Source: Propionibacteriaceae bacterium UBA6122
GTDB taxonomy: Bacteria; Actinomycetota; Actinomycetes; Propionibacteriales; Propionibacteriaceae
Direction: 5' to 3'
Assembly (NCBI GenBank): GCA_002428365.1
Contig: DIVW01000033.1
Location: 3,714-67,713 of the forward strand
Length of the DNA stretch: 64,000 bases
Shown: positions 50,579-61,831 of the stretch, piece after piece
How the letters are laid out: each line of letters begins with the position of its first letter
How positions within the stretch are numbered: the first letter of the stretch is position 1
The notes under the pieces: model-generated
Seen by the model: only the letters and a program-made list of their open reading frames with translations
The model's database searches: none
Told to the model about the DNA's origin: nothing
Made by a program: the position numbers and the translations under genes

Positions 50579-51961
50579 TCAGGCGCGCAGTGCGGCCGCC
50601 AACTCATCGAAAACCGCCAGGTAATGGTCGATCGCTTCGTCGGTATGCGTCACTGACAACGTCCACTCCTCTTCGCGACCTGGAGTGGCGAAGATGCCGC
50701 GGTTCATGTTCCACAACCAAGTGAGCTCGGTGAGCGGGACGTCCTGGTTCTCCTTGTAGCTCTCGTAGTCGGTAACCGGCACCTCGGAGAAGGTGACGCA
50801 ACCCTTCGAGCCGATGCCAACCGCGTAACCAGGCAAGCTGTAGCGCTCGATGATGTCGCGGGCCCCAGCCAGAATCCGCTCATTGAGGTGATCCAGATGC
50901 GCGTAACCGGCCGGAGTCAGTACCTGCTCAAGGGAGGCCCGCGCGGCGGCCATCGACAGCGGGTTCCCGTTGTAGGTGCCCACCTGGTAGACCTTGCCGC
51001 TCTCAACGATGGCCATGACCTCTTCGCTACCGCCGATCGCACCCGAAGGCAGACCACCACCAAGCGACTTGGCCAGGGTGACCAGATCAGGGGTGACCCC
51101 GAAACGCTCGGTTGCCCCGCCCGGAGCGACACAAAGACCGGTCTTCACCTCGTCAAAGATGAGCACGATGCCATAGCGGGTGGTGATTTCCCGCACCGCC
51201 TCCAGGTAGCCCGGCGCCGGCAGCACCACGCCCAGGTTCATCATGGCGGCCTCCATGATGACGCAGGCTGGCAGGCGTCCTTCGGCCTCCAGGCGCTCGA
51301 TGCGCCGCTCCATTGCCCCGGCGTCGTTGAACGGCACCGCGATGGTCATGTCCACCACCGACTGCGGAATGCCGCCTCCATAGGGCAACGAGGCGTAGTC
51401 CTCCCGGTCACCGATCGAATCGTAAGGAACTCCGATGGAGACCATCACAGTGTCGTGATGCCCGTGATAGGAGCCAAAGATCTTCATCACCACATCGCGG
51501 CCGGTGAAGGCGCGGGCGATGCGGATCGCGTCCATCGTCGACTCCGAGCCCGAGTTGGTGAAACGCCACTTGGGCAGGCCCCACCGCTTGGCGAGTTCAT
51601 CGGCCACCACGAAGCTGTCGGGCACCGCGCAGCCAAAGTGCGTACCCAGCGGGTAGCGGGCCACCACGGCCTCGCCGATTGCCGGGTGAGCGTGGCCCTG
51701 AACCATCGAGCCGAAACCGTTATGGAAGTCGTAGTACTCGGTACCGTCGACGTCCCAAATCTTGGGGCCCTCGCCGCGATCGATGTAGATCGGCCACGGG
51801 TCCCGGCCCTGATAGGAGGACGCCACGCCACCGGAAAGATGCTCGTTGGCCTTGGCATACATGGCCCGCGACGCCTGAGTGCGCTGGTCTAGCCGCTGCT
51901 GCTCGATCTCGGTCAGTTCAGCGATCCGGGCCCGATCGATGGGCTTTGCATTTGCTGTCAT
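50579..51961 (-). CDS. Class III PLP aminotransferase (HemL-like)
   Basis: WDVDGTEYYD, NSGSE, GSYHGHHD, IFDEVKTG, LAKSLGGGLP and GTYNGNP. Confidence 0.88.
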   Translation of the reverse strand: MTANAKPIDRARIAELTEIEQQRLDQRTQASRAMYAKANEHLSGGVASSYQGRDPWPIYIDRGEGPKIWDVDGTEYYDFHNGFGSMVQGHAHPAIGEAVVARYPLGTHFGCAVPDSFVVADELAKRWGLPKWRFTNSGSESTMDAIRIARAFTGRDVVMKIFGSYHGHHDTVMVSIGVPYDSIGDREDYASLPYGGGIPQSVVDMTIAVPFNDAGAMERRIERLEAEGRLPACVIMEAAMMNLGVVLPAPGYLEAVREITTRYGIVLIFDEVKTGLCVAPGGATERFGVTPDLVTLAKSLGGGLPSGAIGGSEEVMAIVESGKVYQVGTYNGNPLSMAAARASLEQVLTPAGYAHLDHLNERILAGARDIIERYSLPGYAVGIGSKGCVTFSEVPVTDYESYKENQDVPLTELTWLWNMNRGIFATPGREEEWTLSVTHTDEAIDHYLAVFDELAAALRA

Positions 51962-52082
51962 GATTCACCGCCTCCGGTCGGCCTGGCACCGTGATCCGTG
52001 AAGACTGCGCCGCAACCGGCCTGGCGTAGCGGGCAGCGCCAGCCTAGTGGGTCCGCGGCCCGCCTGGGATGACGCTTCGGTG

Positions 52083-52391
52083 TCAGCGACTAGGTGGAAT
52101 CACCCACGCCAGCACCAGAATGCCCAGCCCAGTTCCAAGCAGCAGGGTGGTGTCAATCAGTCGGCTCCGGACGGCCAACAGGCCGACCCGCTGCTGCGGC
52201 ATCAGCCGCAACAGGCCTCCGGCCGTAGCGGAGGCGCCAATGAGGGTGCAACCGATCCGCCAATGCCCGAACGGCACCGCGATCACCAGACCGACGAACA
52301 CTCCCAGCAGCACCGCAGCCAGCGGCCACTGGCCCAGGATCTGTTGGAGCCAGTTCTTCGGCGGACGGGTGTCCGGAACTTGATCGGTCAT
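52083..52391 (-). CDS. DUF3017 membrane protein
   Basis: QWPL...WRIG...[11 protein letters not shown]; usual position after folD. Confidence 0.82.
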   Translation of the reverse strand: MTDQVPDTRPPKNWLQQILGQWPLAAVLLGVFVGLVIAVPFGHWRIGCTLIGASATAGGLLRLMPQQRVGLLAVRSRLIDTTLLLGTGLGILVLAWVIPPSR

Positions 52392-53236
52392 GCCAGGACT
52401 TCAGCTCGATCCACGACGTTCTGCAACAGCATCGCCCGCGTCATCGGGCCGACCCCGCCCGGGTTAGGCGCCACCCAGGAAGCCTTGGCCCAAACATCGG
52501 GGGCCACGTCGCCGGTGAGCACCCCGTCCACCCGGCTGACGCCGACATCGAGCACGACGGCACCTTCGGCAATCAGATCGGCCGTGATCAGGTGCGGCAC
52601 GCCAGCGGCGGCCACCACGATGTCGGCCGCGCGGGTGTGCGCGGCCAGATCCCGGGTGCCGGTGTGACAAAGGGTGACGGTGGCGTTTTCGCTGCGTCTG
52701 GTGAGAATCAGGCCCAATGGCCGGCCCACCGTGATCCCCCGGCCGATCACGCAGACATTGGCGCCGGCTAGGGCGACGTCATGGCGCCGCAACAGCTCCA
52801 CGATGCCACGCGGGGTGCAGGGCAGTGGGGCCGGCTCGTTGAGCACCAGCTTGCCCAGATTGATCGGGTGCAGGCCGTCGGCGTCCTTGTCCGGGTCGAT
52901 CAGGGCCAACATTGCGTTCTCGTCCAAGTGCCGAGGCAGCGGTAGCTGAATGATGTAGCCGGTGCAGCCGTCATCGGCGTTCAGCCCGGTGATCGCCTCG
53001 GCGACCATCTCAGCAGGTGCATCGGCTGGTAGATCCACCCGAATCGACTCGATGCCTACCTCAGCACAGTCGCGATGCTTCATGCCCACGTAGGCACGAC
53101 TGCCCGGGTCGTCCCCGACCAGCACGGTGGCCAGGCCCGGCCGGATGCCCTTGTCAGCCAGGGCGCGCACCCGCAGACCCAACTCGGCCTTGATCACGGC
53201 GGCGACGGCCTTGCCATCGAGCTTGTTCGCAGTCAT
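52388..53236 (-). CDS. folD: Methylenetetrahydrofolate dehydrogenase/cyclohydrolase
   Basis: [26 protein letters not shown] and PGGVGPMT. Confidence 0.96.
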   Translation of the reverse strand: MTANKLDGKAVAAVIKAELGLRVRALADKGIRPGLATVLVGDDPGSRAYVGMKHRDCAEVGIESIRVDLPADAPAEMVAEAITGLNADDGCTGYIIQLPLPRHLDENAMLALIDPDKDADGLHPINLGKLVLNEPAPLPCTPRGIVELLRRHDVALAGANVCVIGRGITVGRPLGLILTRRSENATVTLCHTGTRDLAAHTRAADIVVAAAGVPHLITADLIAEGAVVLDVGVSRVDGVLTGDVAPDVWAKASWVAPNPGGVGPMTRAMLLQNVVDRAEVLA

Positions 53237-53245
53237 CTGTCCGCC

Positions 53246-54805
53246 TCAGTGGAAGAAGTGCCGGGTGCCAGTGAAGTACATCGTGATTCCGGCAGCTTTA
53301 GCGGCCTCGATCGTTTCGTCGTCGTGAATGGAACCACCAGGCTGGACGATCGCCTTCACTCCAGCCTCAATGAGGATCTTAGGACCGTCGTTGAACGGGA
53401 AGAAGGCATCGGAGGCGGCCACTGAGCCGGCGGCTCGATCCCCAGCCCGCTCGACGGCCAGTTTGCAGGAGTCAACCCGGTTCACCTGGCCCATGCCGAC
53501 GCCAACCGAAGCGCCACCGGAAGCCAGCAGGATTGCGTTGGACTTCACCGCCCGCACCGACCGCCAAGCGAAGGCCAAGTCGGCCAGGGTGGCGGCATCG
53601 GCGGCCTCGCCGGTGATCAGCGTCCAGTTGGTCGGATCGTCTCCGGCGGCATCGATTCGGTCGGGGGCCTGCAACAGCAGCCCGCCGCTGACCGGCTTCA
53701 GCTCCACTGGTGCCACCGGGTATTCCGGGGCCACCAGGATTCGCAGGTTCTTCTTCCGGGTGAGGATCTCCAAAGCGCCGTCGGCATAGCTGGGGGCGAT
53801 CAGCACCTCAGTGAAGATCTCAGCGATCTGAGCCGCCGCTTCAGCGGTGATCTCCCGGTTGGCCGCGATCACGCCGCCGTAGGCCGAGCCCGGGTCGCAG
53901 GCGTGCGCCAAGCGATGGGCCTCAGCAATGTCGGCGCCGACCGCGATTCCGCACGGGTTGGCATGCTTGATGATCGCCACTGCCGGCTCGGCGAAGTCAT
54001 AGGCGGCCCGGTAGGCGGCGTCCCCGTCGGTGTAGTTGTTGTAGCTCATCTCCTTGCCGTTGAGCTGCTCGGCGGTCGCCAGACCCACCGGACGGTGACC
54101 GTTGCGGTAGAGCGCAGCTCGCTGATGGGAGTTCTCGCCGTAGCGCAGCGTGCCGACCTTGTCCCAGCTGGCGCCGACCCACGCCGGGAAGCCGTCCCCG
54201 GTGGAGCTGTCGGTGAGCACCGACCCCATCCAGGAGGCCACCGCAATGTCATAGGTGGCGGTGTGCACAAACGCGGCCGCAGCCAACTCCTTGCGCTGAG
54301 CAAGGCTGAAGCCACCGGCGGCCAGCGCCTCGATCAAGGCCGGGTACTGCGTCGGGGAGGTGATGATGGCCACCGAGGGGTGGTTCTTCGCCGCGGCCCG
54401 CACCATCGACGGGCCGCCGATGTCGATCTGCTCCACGCATTCGTCCTGGCTGGCCCCGGAGGCCACCGTCTGGGTGAAGGGGTACAGATTCGAAACCACC
54501 AAGTCGAACGGGGCTACGCCGAGTTCCTCGAGTTGGGCGCGATGGCTCGCCAGGCGACGGTCGGCCAGGATGCCGGCGTGGATCAGCGGATGCAACGTCT
54601 TCACCCGTCCGTCCAGGCACTCCGGGAATCCTGTCACTTCTTCCACCGGCGTCACTGCCAACCCGGCCTCGGCCAGCTTGGTCGCGGTCGATCCAGTTGA
54701 GACCAGTTCGACACCGGCGGCGACCAGGGCCTGGCCGAGATCGATCAGCCCGGCCTTGTCATAGACCGAGACCAGGGCACGGCGGATGGGCAGCACGTCG
54801 TTCAT
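53246..54805 (-). CDS. purH: Bifunctional AICAR transformylase/IMP cyclohydrolase
   Basis: [33 protein letters not shown] and ASDAFFPF. Confidence 0.97.
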   Translation of the reverse strand: MNDVLPIRRALVSVYDKAGLIDLGQALVAAGVELVSTGSTATKLAEAGLAVTPVEEVTGFPECLDGRVKTLHPLIHAGILADRRLASHRAQLEELGVAPFDLVVSNLYPFTQTVASGASQDECVEQIDIGGPSMVRAAAKNHPSVAIITSPTQYPALIEALAAGGFSLAQRKELAAAAFVHTATYDIAVASWMGSVLTDSSTGDGFPAWVGASWDKVGTLRYGENSHQRAALYRNGHRPVGLATAEQLNGKEMSYNNYTDGDAAYRAAYDFAEPAVAIIKHANPCGIAVGADIAEAHRLAHACDPGSAYGGVIAANREITAEAAAQIAEIFTEVLIAPSYADGALEILTRKKNLRILVAPEYPVAPVELKPVSGGLLLQAPDRIDAAGDDPTNWTLITGEAADAATLADLAFAWRSVRAVKSNAILLASGGASVGVGMGQVNRVDSCKLAVERAGDRAAGSVAASDAFFPFNDGPKILIEAGVKAIVQPGGSIHDDETIEAAKAAGITMYFTGTRHFFH

Positions 54806-55378
54806 CTATCCCCTTGAGTTGAAGTGGTTGATCGAGTCGAGCAGCAGTTGCCGTTCGACCACTTTGATTCGTTCATGCAGGACCTCCTCGGTGTCTTCGG
54901 GGAGGACTGGCACTGCCTCTTGGGCCAGGATCTCGCCGGTGTCCACCCCGGCGTCGACCACGAACACGGTCGCTCCGCTCACCTTCACCCCATGGGCTAG
55001 GGCGTCCCGGACGCCGTGGATACCGGGGAAGGACGGCAGTAGCGCGGGATGGGTGTTGATCATCCGGCCGCCGAACCTGGCCAGGAAGGCGGCACCGACC
55101 AGCTTCATGAAGCCGGCACTCACCACCAGATCAGGCTCAAATGCTGCCACCCGTTCGGCCAGCTCCGCATCCCAGACCGCTCGATCGCTCCCCTTAGCTA
55201 AGGGGTGGACGAAGGTCGGCACCCCGGCCTGTTCAGCGCGCATCAGACCGTAGGCATCGGCGCGGTCGGCGCCGACTGCCACCACCTCACCATTCAGTTG
55301 CCCAGCCGCCGAAGCGTCCAGCAGTGCCTGCAGAAGGGTGCCGGAGCCGGAAATCAGAACAACCAGGCGCAGCGGCAT
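54806..55378 (-). CDS. purN: Phosphoribosylglycinamide formyltransferase
   Basis: LISGSGT, AGFMK, NTHPALLPSF and VDTG. Confidence 0.95.
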   Translation of the reverse strand: MPLRLVVLISGSGTLLQALLDASAAGQLNGEVVAVGADRADAYGLMRAEQAGVPTFVHPLAKGSDRAVWDAELAERVAAFEPDLVVSAGFMKLVGAAFLARFGGRMINTHPALLPSFPGIHGVRDALAHGVKVSGATVFVVDAGVDTGEILAQEAVPVLPEDTEEVLHERIKVVERQLLLDSINHFNSRG

Positions 55379-55422
55379 GGCATAGACCTTACCGAAGCCA
55401 GGCGCCTTTTCCTGCCTCGGCC

Positions 55423-56619
55423 TCAGTCAGCGGACCCCGCCCTGCGATCAGCGAACCAGGCGATGGTCGCACCGAGCGCGGCGGTCAGGGTCAAGATGAG
55501 GACTCCAATCAGCACCTCTGGCACCCGCGGACCGACCGCAGCGAAACGCACGCTCCCCAGGGCCCCTCTGCTCAACATCGCCCACGTCAGGTAGCCAAGA
55601 CCGGCCACCAACCCGGCGGCTGCACCGGCACCCACTGATGCCACCATCCCGCCGGCTTTGGCGCGCACCGCAGCAACCCCGGCCAGCAGCCCAGGGACGG
55701 CGCCAGCCAGCAGCCACCCAGTCAGCGAACCGGACCCGTCCGGCGGCAGCGCCCCGAAAACCGGAATGGACGGCAGCAGGCCCAGGCGAGTTCCCCAGGG
55801 GGCGACCAGCGAACCGTCGCCAAGAGTGAATCCGGCGCCAAGGATCCAGGCCGCGGTCCAGGCCAGCAGGTTCGGTAGGTACAGCAAGCAGGTCAACGCC
55901 CAGACCACCACGCCACCGGTGTCGAATCCCAGGGCCTGCTCCAGCGAATCGATCCGGGGCTCCCCCTGCACCATCGCGGTGGCCAGCGCCGCTGCGGCGA
56001 CCACCACCAGCCCAAGCAGACCCGCAGCCCCACCTTTGGCCGTTGACCACAGCCAGGCGGGCCCGCCACCGCGGTAGCCAGCCTGCCAACCAGCACCAAG
56101 GAGGGCTCCGCCCAAGCTGATCAGCAGGCTGCCAGGTACAGCCCGCATCGGCTCGGCTCCGGTTGCCCAGCCCATCGCGAGGGTGGCGGCGGTGTAGCCG
56201 AGGCCAACCTGGAAGACGGTCAGCAGCACTTGGCGCCGCACCGATCCAGCATCTGCCGACGGCGGCCGGTAGACCAGCGACCCGGCCCAGGCGGCCAGCC
56301 CGACCAAGAGCAGGCTCAAACCGAGCGGGACCATGGTGATGGTTACCCCGTCCCCATTGACTATTCCGCCATGGGCCAACAACCACACTCGCCCGACAAA
56401 GGCGAGCATGGCAGCGAACGGCACCGACGAGACCCCCAACCAGCCGGCCAGGACGATTCCACCCACCACCACGGCGCCGACCAGCGCCGCTAGAAAGCCA
56501 CCGCCGATTGCTGCCAATGGCCAGGGAATCCTCACTTGATCCTCAAGGGTTGGTACAGCCTTCGCGGAGGCCACATTGAAGCGAAACCGCGCGTGAGAGC
56601 GTGTTTTAGGGGAAGCCAT
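55423..56619 (-). CDS. DUF6350 / PerM-like multi-pass membrane protein
   Basis: WLLAHG, PLGL, LYLPN...GAGFTLG and LPSIPVFGALP; usual position upstream of purN. Confidence 0.78.
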   Translation of the reverse strand: MASPKTRSHARFRFNVASAKAVPTLEDQVRIPWPLAAIGGGFLAALVGAVVVGGIVLAGWLGVSSVPFAAMLAFVGRVWLLAHGGIVNGDGVTITMVPLGLSLLLVGLAAWAGSLVYRPPSADAGSVRRQVLLTVFQVGLGYTAATLAMGWATGAEPMRAVPGSLLISLGGALLGAGWQAGYRGGGPAWLWSTAKGGAAGLLGLVVVAAAALATAMVQGEPRIDSLEQALGFDTGGVVVWALTCLLYLPNLLAWTAAWILGAGFTLGDGSLVAPWGTRLGLLPSIPVFGALPPDGSGSLTGWLLAGAVPGLLAGVAAVRAKAGGMVASVGAGAAAGLVAGLGYLTWAMLSRGALGSVRFAAVGPRVPEVLIGVLILTLTAALGATIAWFADRRAGSAD

Positions 56620-56717
56620 GGTGAGTCCATGCTGACCCAAGCCCCCTGTTCTAGCCGGGTGGACACGCCAGCCCTACTACACTGGCTCAGTCACGCAAGC
56701 GCAGACGGGATCTTCAC

Positions 56718-58688
56718 GTGGAGGGGTCACAAAGACCGCGTCGGGCACTCGGACCAGTACCCGATGACTGGAGCGAGCCCTCGGACAGCAGCTCTGCTAG
56801 TCCGGCCGGGCCGCTGTTTGACGACCCCGAATTGACCGACACCGGCATGATGCGGCGGTTGGCCCTGAACACCGACGGTTCGCTCCAGACCCTGATTCCG
56901 CCGCCCCGGCCAGTGCTACCGGTTTCGGAGGCTCAGCCCGCCTCCGCCGGCCGACGATTCTCCGCCGACGAGGCGCCTGCAGATCATGGCTGGGTCGCCC
57001 CCCGCCGCTCGGCGGCCAGCGTGTCCTCGCCACCCCGGGCCTACGCGCCGCTGCTACCTCCGGTCAGCCGTCCGACCGCACCGCCGGCGGTGACAGTCAG
57101 TTACCCCCGCGCTGCCGAGCCGCTTGAAGCCCCGGCAGTACCAGTGGCGCCGGTATCGGCCACCTCAACTCGTTCGGGGTTCTCGGCGCGTAGCCAGGCA
57201 ACCCCACCACTGCGAGCCGTGGAACCCGAGCCGAAGCTCACCAAGCGGGAAGCCCGCGCAGCCGCGGCCCAGGCCAAAGTCGACGCCAAGACTGCCCTCG
57301 AAGCCGAGAAGGCCGCCGCGAAAGAGGCCGCCCTCCAAGCCAAGCTGGACGCCCGATCTGCCAAGGCGGACGCCAAAGCTGACGCTAAGGCTGCCAAGCG
57401 CGCGCCCAAGGCGGGCAAGAACGGCATCGATCCGGCCGCTCGCCTCGGGGTAACCCCCACTCAGCCCGCTCGCGGCGAAAGCAACACCCGCCAACGCAGC
57501 GGCCGACCGGCGTTCATCGTGATCGCGGCCGTCCTCGCCTTCGCCCTGGTGGTTGCCGCCGTGGTCTGGGTAATGACGACTAAGCCGCTCGGCTCCGCCA
57601 GCGGCACCGGCACCGCAGCGATCGACCCGCTGCTCACCACAGCTGAGGTCAGCCCCATCGCCGCCGAGGACTGGCAGGTTGCCACCGCCGCCGGCACCCC
57701 GCTTTGCCTCACCGGCGCAACCCCCCAGCCGGAACGCACCAACAACCGCAAGCTCTTCACCGCCCAGGGCAGTTCGGTGCTGCAGACCATCGGCACCTAC
57801 CCCGATGACGCCAGCGCCATTCAGGCCTATGAGGCTCAGGCAACTCTGGCTGGCACCTGCCCAGACGGCTCAGCCCTGGTCGTCGGCGCCTCGACCATCA
57901 ACGGTTTGGCCGATGCCGCCCAGGCCGTGCAGCTCAAGGTGCAGGCAGTGAAGGCCGAGAATCATCTCCTGGTGCTGGCTCGCACCGGGCGGACGATCAA
58001 CACCTTCGACATCGTCACCGCCAACACCATCCCAGTTACCACCGCAGCTCAGGTCGCGGCCATCTCGCTGGCCCGCCAGTGCGGCTCCGGCACCTGCCCC
58101 GCTTCGTTGGGGGTTGCCTCAGCGCTCCCGGCTTCCGGCACCCCCGCAGGCTGGCTGCTTCCGGCCGATGTACCACGGCTCACTCCTGGTACCGGCAAGT
58201 GGACCCTCCACGACTGGCCGGTGAACACCCCCGGTTCGCAATGCGAGGGCACCGATCTCACCAAGGTGACCGGCACCACCGCTTCGGGCCAGCGCACGCT
58301 GATCCTGACCAACGATCCCAAGGCGCCAGCTTCCTTCGGGGTGGATCAGGTCACCTTCACCTTCGCTGACAACAAGGCAGCCTCGACGCTGGCCACCAGC
58401 GTCAGCAAGTCGATCACCAACTGCGCCAAGCGGGTGCCCACCGCGGTTGTGGTCGATGGTGAGAACGTCAAGGGCAGTGGCCAGGGCGAGGTGCCGATTT
58501 CGGGTCAGACCTGGACGATCACCCACAAGACCAACACCAGCACGGTGGTCTTCCGGGTGGCCGTGGTCACCGTCGGCAATCGGGTCACCTACCTGCTGGC
58601 CAACCCAAGCAAGACCTTCGACTTCTCCGATGCCGACTGGGACGCGATCACTCTTCGTGCTGCCCAGCGGACCAGCCAGTCGTCCTAG
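56718..58688 (+). CDS. Hypothetical single-pass membrane protein (Pro-rich and AK-rich cytoplasmic part, duplicated Cys-containing extracellular domains)
   Basis: Long ORF with one TM segment ([21 protein letters not shown]); codon usage fits the genome. Confidence 0.7.
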   Translation: MEGSQRPRRALGPVPDDWSEPSDSSSASPAGPLFDDPELTDTGMMRRLALNTDGSLQTLIPPPRPVLPVSEAQPASAGRRFSADEAPADHGWVAPRRSAASVSSPPRAYAPLLPPVSRPTAPPAVTVSYPRAAEPLEAPAVPVAPVSATSTRSGFSARSQATPPLRAVEPEPKLTKREARAAAAQAKVDAKTALEAEKAAAKEAALQAKLDARSAKADAKADAKAAKRAPKAGKNGIDPAARLGVTPTQPARGESNTRQRSGRPAFIVIAAVLAFALVVAAVVWVMTTKPLGSASGTGTAAIDPLLTTAEVSPIAAEDWQVATAAGTPLCLTGATPQPERTNNRKLFTAQGSSVLQTIGTYPDDASAIQAYEAQATLAGTCPDGSALVVGASTINGLADAAQAVQLKVQAVKAENHLLVLARTGRTINTFDIVTANTIPVTTAAQVAAISLARQCGSGTCPASLGVASALPASGTPAGWLLPADVPRLTPGTGKWTLHDWPVNTPGSQCEGTDLTKVTGTTASGQRTLILTNDPKAPASFGVDQVTFTFADNKAASTLATSVSKSITNCAKRVPTAVVVDGENVKGSGQGEVPISGQTWTITHKTNTSTVVFRVAVVTVGNRVTYLLANPSKTFDFSDADWDAITLRAAQRTSQSS

Positions 58689-59566
58689 CCGGCCAGCGCC
58701 GCGCGAACCAAGGTCGCCGTCTCACTCGGCGTATGTCCCACCAACACCCCAGCCGCTTCAAACGCTGCCTTCTTAGCTGCTGCGGTGCCCGCTGAGCCGG
58801 TAACGATGGCTCCGGCATGGCCCATGGTCTTGCCCACCGGTGCGGTGAAGCCAGCCACATAGGCCACCACCGGCTTGGTGACGTGCTCGGCGATGTACTC
58901 GGCGGCTCGCTCCTCAGCATCGCCACCGATCTCGCCGATCAGCACGATCGCCTGAACCTCAGGGTCAGCCTCGAAAGCTGCCAGGACGTCGATATGCGAG
59001 GTGCCGTTCACCGGGTCGCCACCGATGCCGACGGCACTGGCAAAGCCGATGTCGCGCAACTCGAACATCATCTGATAGGTCAGCGTGCCCGACTTCGAAA
59101 CCAGTCCGATCGGGCCGGGTCCGGCGATGTTCGGCGGAATGATGCCGACATTCGACTTGCCGGGGCTAATCAGTCCCGGGCAGTTGGGTCCGATGATCCG
59201 CGTCGTCCCGCTGCGTTGGGCGTAGGCCACGAACTCCGCGGTGTCGGCCACTGGCACGCCCTCGGTAATCACCACCACCAACTCCAGCCCGGCATCGATG
59301 GCGTCCAACACCGCCTGCTTGGTGTGCGCGGCGGGCACGAAGATCACTGAAGTGTTCGCCATGGTGGCCTGCTTAGCCTCAGCGATGGTGTTGAACACCG
59401 GCACCGGGTCTTCCTCGAAAGTCAACGACTGCCCGCCCTTGCCGGGCGTGACTCCAGCCACGATGCGGGTGCCGGCGGCGATCATCCGCTGGGTGTGTTT
59501 GCGCCCCTCCGAACCGGTCATGCCCTGCACGATTACCTTTGATCCCAGATCAAGCCAGACAGACAT
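58685..59566 (-). CDS. sucD: Succinyl-CoA synthetase alpha subunit
   Basis: [21 protein letters not shown] and MGHAGA. Confidence 0.96.
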   Translation of the reverse strand: MSVWLDLGSKVIVQGMTGSEGRKHTQRMIAAGTRIVAGVTPGKGGQSLTFEEDPVPVFNTIAEAKQATMANTSVIFVPAAHTKQAVLDAIDAGLELVVVITEGVPVADTAEFVAYAQRSGTTRIIGPNCPGLISPGKSNVGIIPPNIAGPGPIGLVSKSGTLTYQMMFELRDIGFASAVGIGGDPVNGTSHIDVLAAFEADPEVQAIVLIGEIGGDAEERAAEYIAEHVTKPVVAYVAGFTAPVGKTMGHAGAIVTGSAGTAAAKKAAFEAAGVLVGHTPSETATLVRAALAG

Positions 59567-59571
59567 GTGCA

Positions 59572-60747
59572 TTACTCCTGGTTAGCGGCCAACTCGGCGG
59601 CACGACGCGCGGCTGCGTCCATCGTGTCGGATAGCTCGACCAGCGGATGGGCGGCCTCGATCAACATGTGGCGTCCAATCTCGACTGCGTTTCCGTCCAA
59701 GCGGACGACGATCGGCTTGCTCGCCTTCTCCCCCAGCATCGCCAGGGCATCGCGGATGCCCTTGGCCACTTCGGAGCAGGCCGTGATGCCCCCAAATACG
59801 TTGACCAGCACCACCTTCACCTGCGGGTCGGAGAGGATGATCTCCAGGCCGTCGGCCATCACGCTGGCTGAGGCACCACCGCCAATGTCGAGGAAGTTGG
59901 CCGGACGGGGTTGGCCGGGCAGGTTTGCCCCCGCGGCGGCGACCACGTCCAGGGTGCTCATCACCAGGCCAGCACCGTTGCCGATGACGCCAACGTTGCC
60001 GTCGAGTTTGACGTAGTTGAGGCCCTTCGCCTTGGCCCGGGTTTCGAGAGGGTCCTGCTCGTCGGTGTCGGCATAGGCGGACCACTCGGGGTGGCGGAAG
60101 TCGGCGTTGTCGTCGAGAGTCACCTTGCCGTCGAGCGCGATGATCTCGCCCTGTCCGGTTTTCACCAGCGGATTGACCTCTACCAAGGTGGCGTCGTTGT
60201 CGCGGTAGAGCCGGCCAAGGCCCACCAGCACCTCGGCGATGGCGGCGTGATCGGCCGCAGGGAAGCCGGCGGTGGAAACGATTTGGGCGGCCATGGCCGC
60301 ATCGAGCCCGATGATCGGATCGATCTGCACCCGGGCCAACGCCTCCGGCCGCTCCACGGCCAGCGTCTCGATGTCTACCCCGCCTTCGCGGCTGCACATC
60401 GCCAGGTACTTGCCGGTCGAGCGATCCAGCAGCAGCGAGAAGTAATACTCCTCGGCGATGTCGGCACCAGCGGCAACCATCACCTTGTGCACCCGATGGC
60501 CGCGAATGTCCAGCCCAAGGATCTCAGCAGCCCGCTCAGCTGCCTCCTGCGGCGACCGGGCCAGCTTCACCCCGCCAGCCTTACCTCGCCCACCGGTCTT
60601 CACCTGCGCTTTGACCACCACTACCGGTGTGCCCAGCTTCACCGCGGCGGCCGCGGCTGCTGCCGGTGTGCTGGCCACGATGCCAGGCACCACGGGCACC
60701 CCGCTGGCTTCGAACAGGTCTCGGGCCTGATACTCGAACAGATCCAC
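59572..60747 (-). CDS. sucC: Succinyl-CoA synthetase beta subunit
   Basis: [36 protein letters not shown] and NFLDIGGG. Confidence 0.96.
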   Translation of the reverse strand: MDLFEYQARDLFEASGVPVVPGIVASTPAAAAAAAVKLGTPVVVVKAQVKTGGRGKAGGVKLARSPQEAAERAAEILGLDIRGHRVHKVMVAAGADIAEEYYFSLLLDRSTGKYLAMCSREGGVDIETLAVERPEALARVQIDPIIGLDAAMAAQIVSTAGFPAADHAAIAEVLVGLGRLYRDNDATLVEVNPLVKTGQGEIIALDGKVTLDDNADFRHPEWSAYADTDEQDPLETRAKAKGLNYVKLDGNVGVIGNGAGLVMSTLDVVAAAGANLPGQPRPANFLDIGGGASASVMADGLEIILSDPQVKVVLVNVFGGITACSEVAKGIRDALAMLGEKASKPIVVRLDGNAVEIGRHMLIEAAHPLVELSDTMDAAARRAAELAANQE

Positions 60748-60943
60748 TCTCACTCCTAGTCTCATCCGGGTGAACCGGAGCGCCTCCGAGACTATTCCTG
60801 AGGGTGCCTACCCCCACGCTGCAGCCGCTCTGGGAGCGTCGATTTGGCAACTCATGAGACGAAGCTGAGAAATATCCTGAGAAATGCTAAGCTCTGTCTT
60901 GCTCGCTAGGGGCAGGCGAAAACGTACTCATCACGGGGGCTAG

Positions 60944-61786
60944 GTGAACGACCAGGAAACGCAGGCTGACAAGCCAAGGCGCGCGCTTCCGACTCAGCCT
61001 CGCCGGTTTGCCGGCGGAGTGTTGCAGTCGCTGCTGCGTCGCGGCGCAGCCGTGGTGGTCGTCTCAGGAATCGTGCTTGCTGGCCTCGCCACCTTCACCG
61101 CTTCAGCCAGTCCCGCCAACGCCGCCGCGCTCCCGTCCCCGCTGGGACTGTCGAGCATCGGCACCGACTTCGGCGCCGAGAAGAGCCAAGACGCCGCCTC
61201 GCTAGCCGAACAGCGCAGTCAGTCCATTAGCGCCGAAGTGACCGAGATCAGCACCGCCTCAGCTGACGCCGCCACCACCGAGCGCTTCCAGACGATGGGC
61301 GAGAACGCGACTTTCCTCGATGAGGAAAATGACCGGCTCAAGACCCTCACCAAGTTCATGTGGCCCACCGACGGCGAGGTCGGCTCGGTCTACGGCCCCC
61401 GGCTCCACCCGATCCTGCACTACTGGCGGATGCACGATGGCGACGACATTGGCGGCTCCTGTGGCCAGCCGATCTGGGCCGCACAGTCCGGCACCGTGGT
61501 CAAGGCCGAGATGGGCTACAACGGCGGTTCAGGTAACAACGTCCGCATCGATCACGGCGACATCAACGGCGTCAACGTCCAGACCGGCTACCTGCACATG
61601 AGCAAGTACAACGTCTCGGCTGGCGACAAGGTCGACAAGGGCGATGTGATCGGTTACGTCGGCAGCACCGGCCTCTCGACTTCCTGCCACCTGCACTTCT
61701 CGGCTTACCAGAACGGCTCGAGCACCAACCCGATGAAGTTCATCGGCTGGAACCCGCAGGGCAAGCGAGCCCCCGCCCGCAACTGA
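60944..61786 (+). CDS. M23-family peptidoglycan metallopeptidase
   Basis: HDGDD (HxxxD), YLHM and GSTGLSTSCHLHF; N-terminal TM segment. Confidence 0.9.
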   Translation: MNDQETQADKPRRALPTQPRRFAGGVLQSLLRRGAAVVVVSGIVLAGLATFTASASPANAAALPSPLGLSSIGTDFGAEKSQDAASLAEQRSQSISAEVTEISTASADAATTERFQTMGENATFLDEENDRLKTLTKFMWPTDGEVGSVYGPRLHPILHYWRMHDGDDIGGSCGQPIWAAQSGTVVKAEMGYNGGSGNNVRIDHGDINGVNVQTGYLHMSKYNVSAGDKVDKGDVIGYVGSTGLSTSCHLHFSAYQNGSSTNPMKFIGWNPQGKRAPARN

Positions 61787-61805
61787 GCAATCAGCTAGTC
61801 AGAGT

Positions 61806-61831
61806 TGAGCCGAGCCGAATGGCTCGGCTCA
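61806..61831. terminator. Hairpin between the convergent M23 and pcrA genes
   Basis: TGAGCCGAGCC-GAAT-GGCTCGGCTCA. Confidence 0.6.

Noticed and set aside
50579..51961. Assignment as true hemL
   Set aside because: Lacks the PGGVNSPVRA N-terminal signature and heme-gene context; only the class III family is supportable.
51962..52080. Riboswitch upstream of the class III aminotransferase (GCCAGGCCG occurs twice on the minus strand)
   Set aside because: No match to guanidine, SAM or other consensus sequences I can recognise; short GC repeats are expected by chance.
60765..60944. c-di-AMP (ydaO) riboswitch before the M23 peptidase
   Set aside because: The conserved GCCGAATCC, GGAACGGGGGAACC and CCCGTCAGCTAAC elements are absent.
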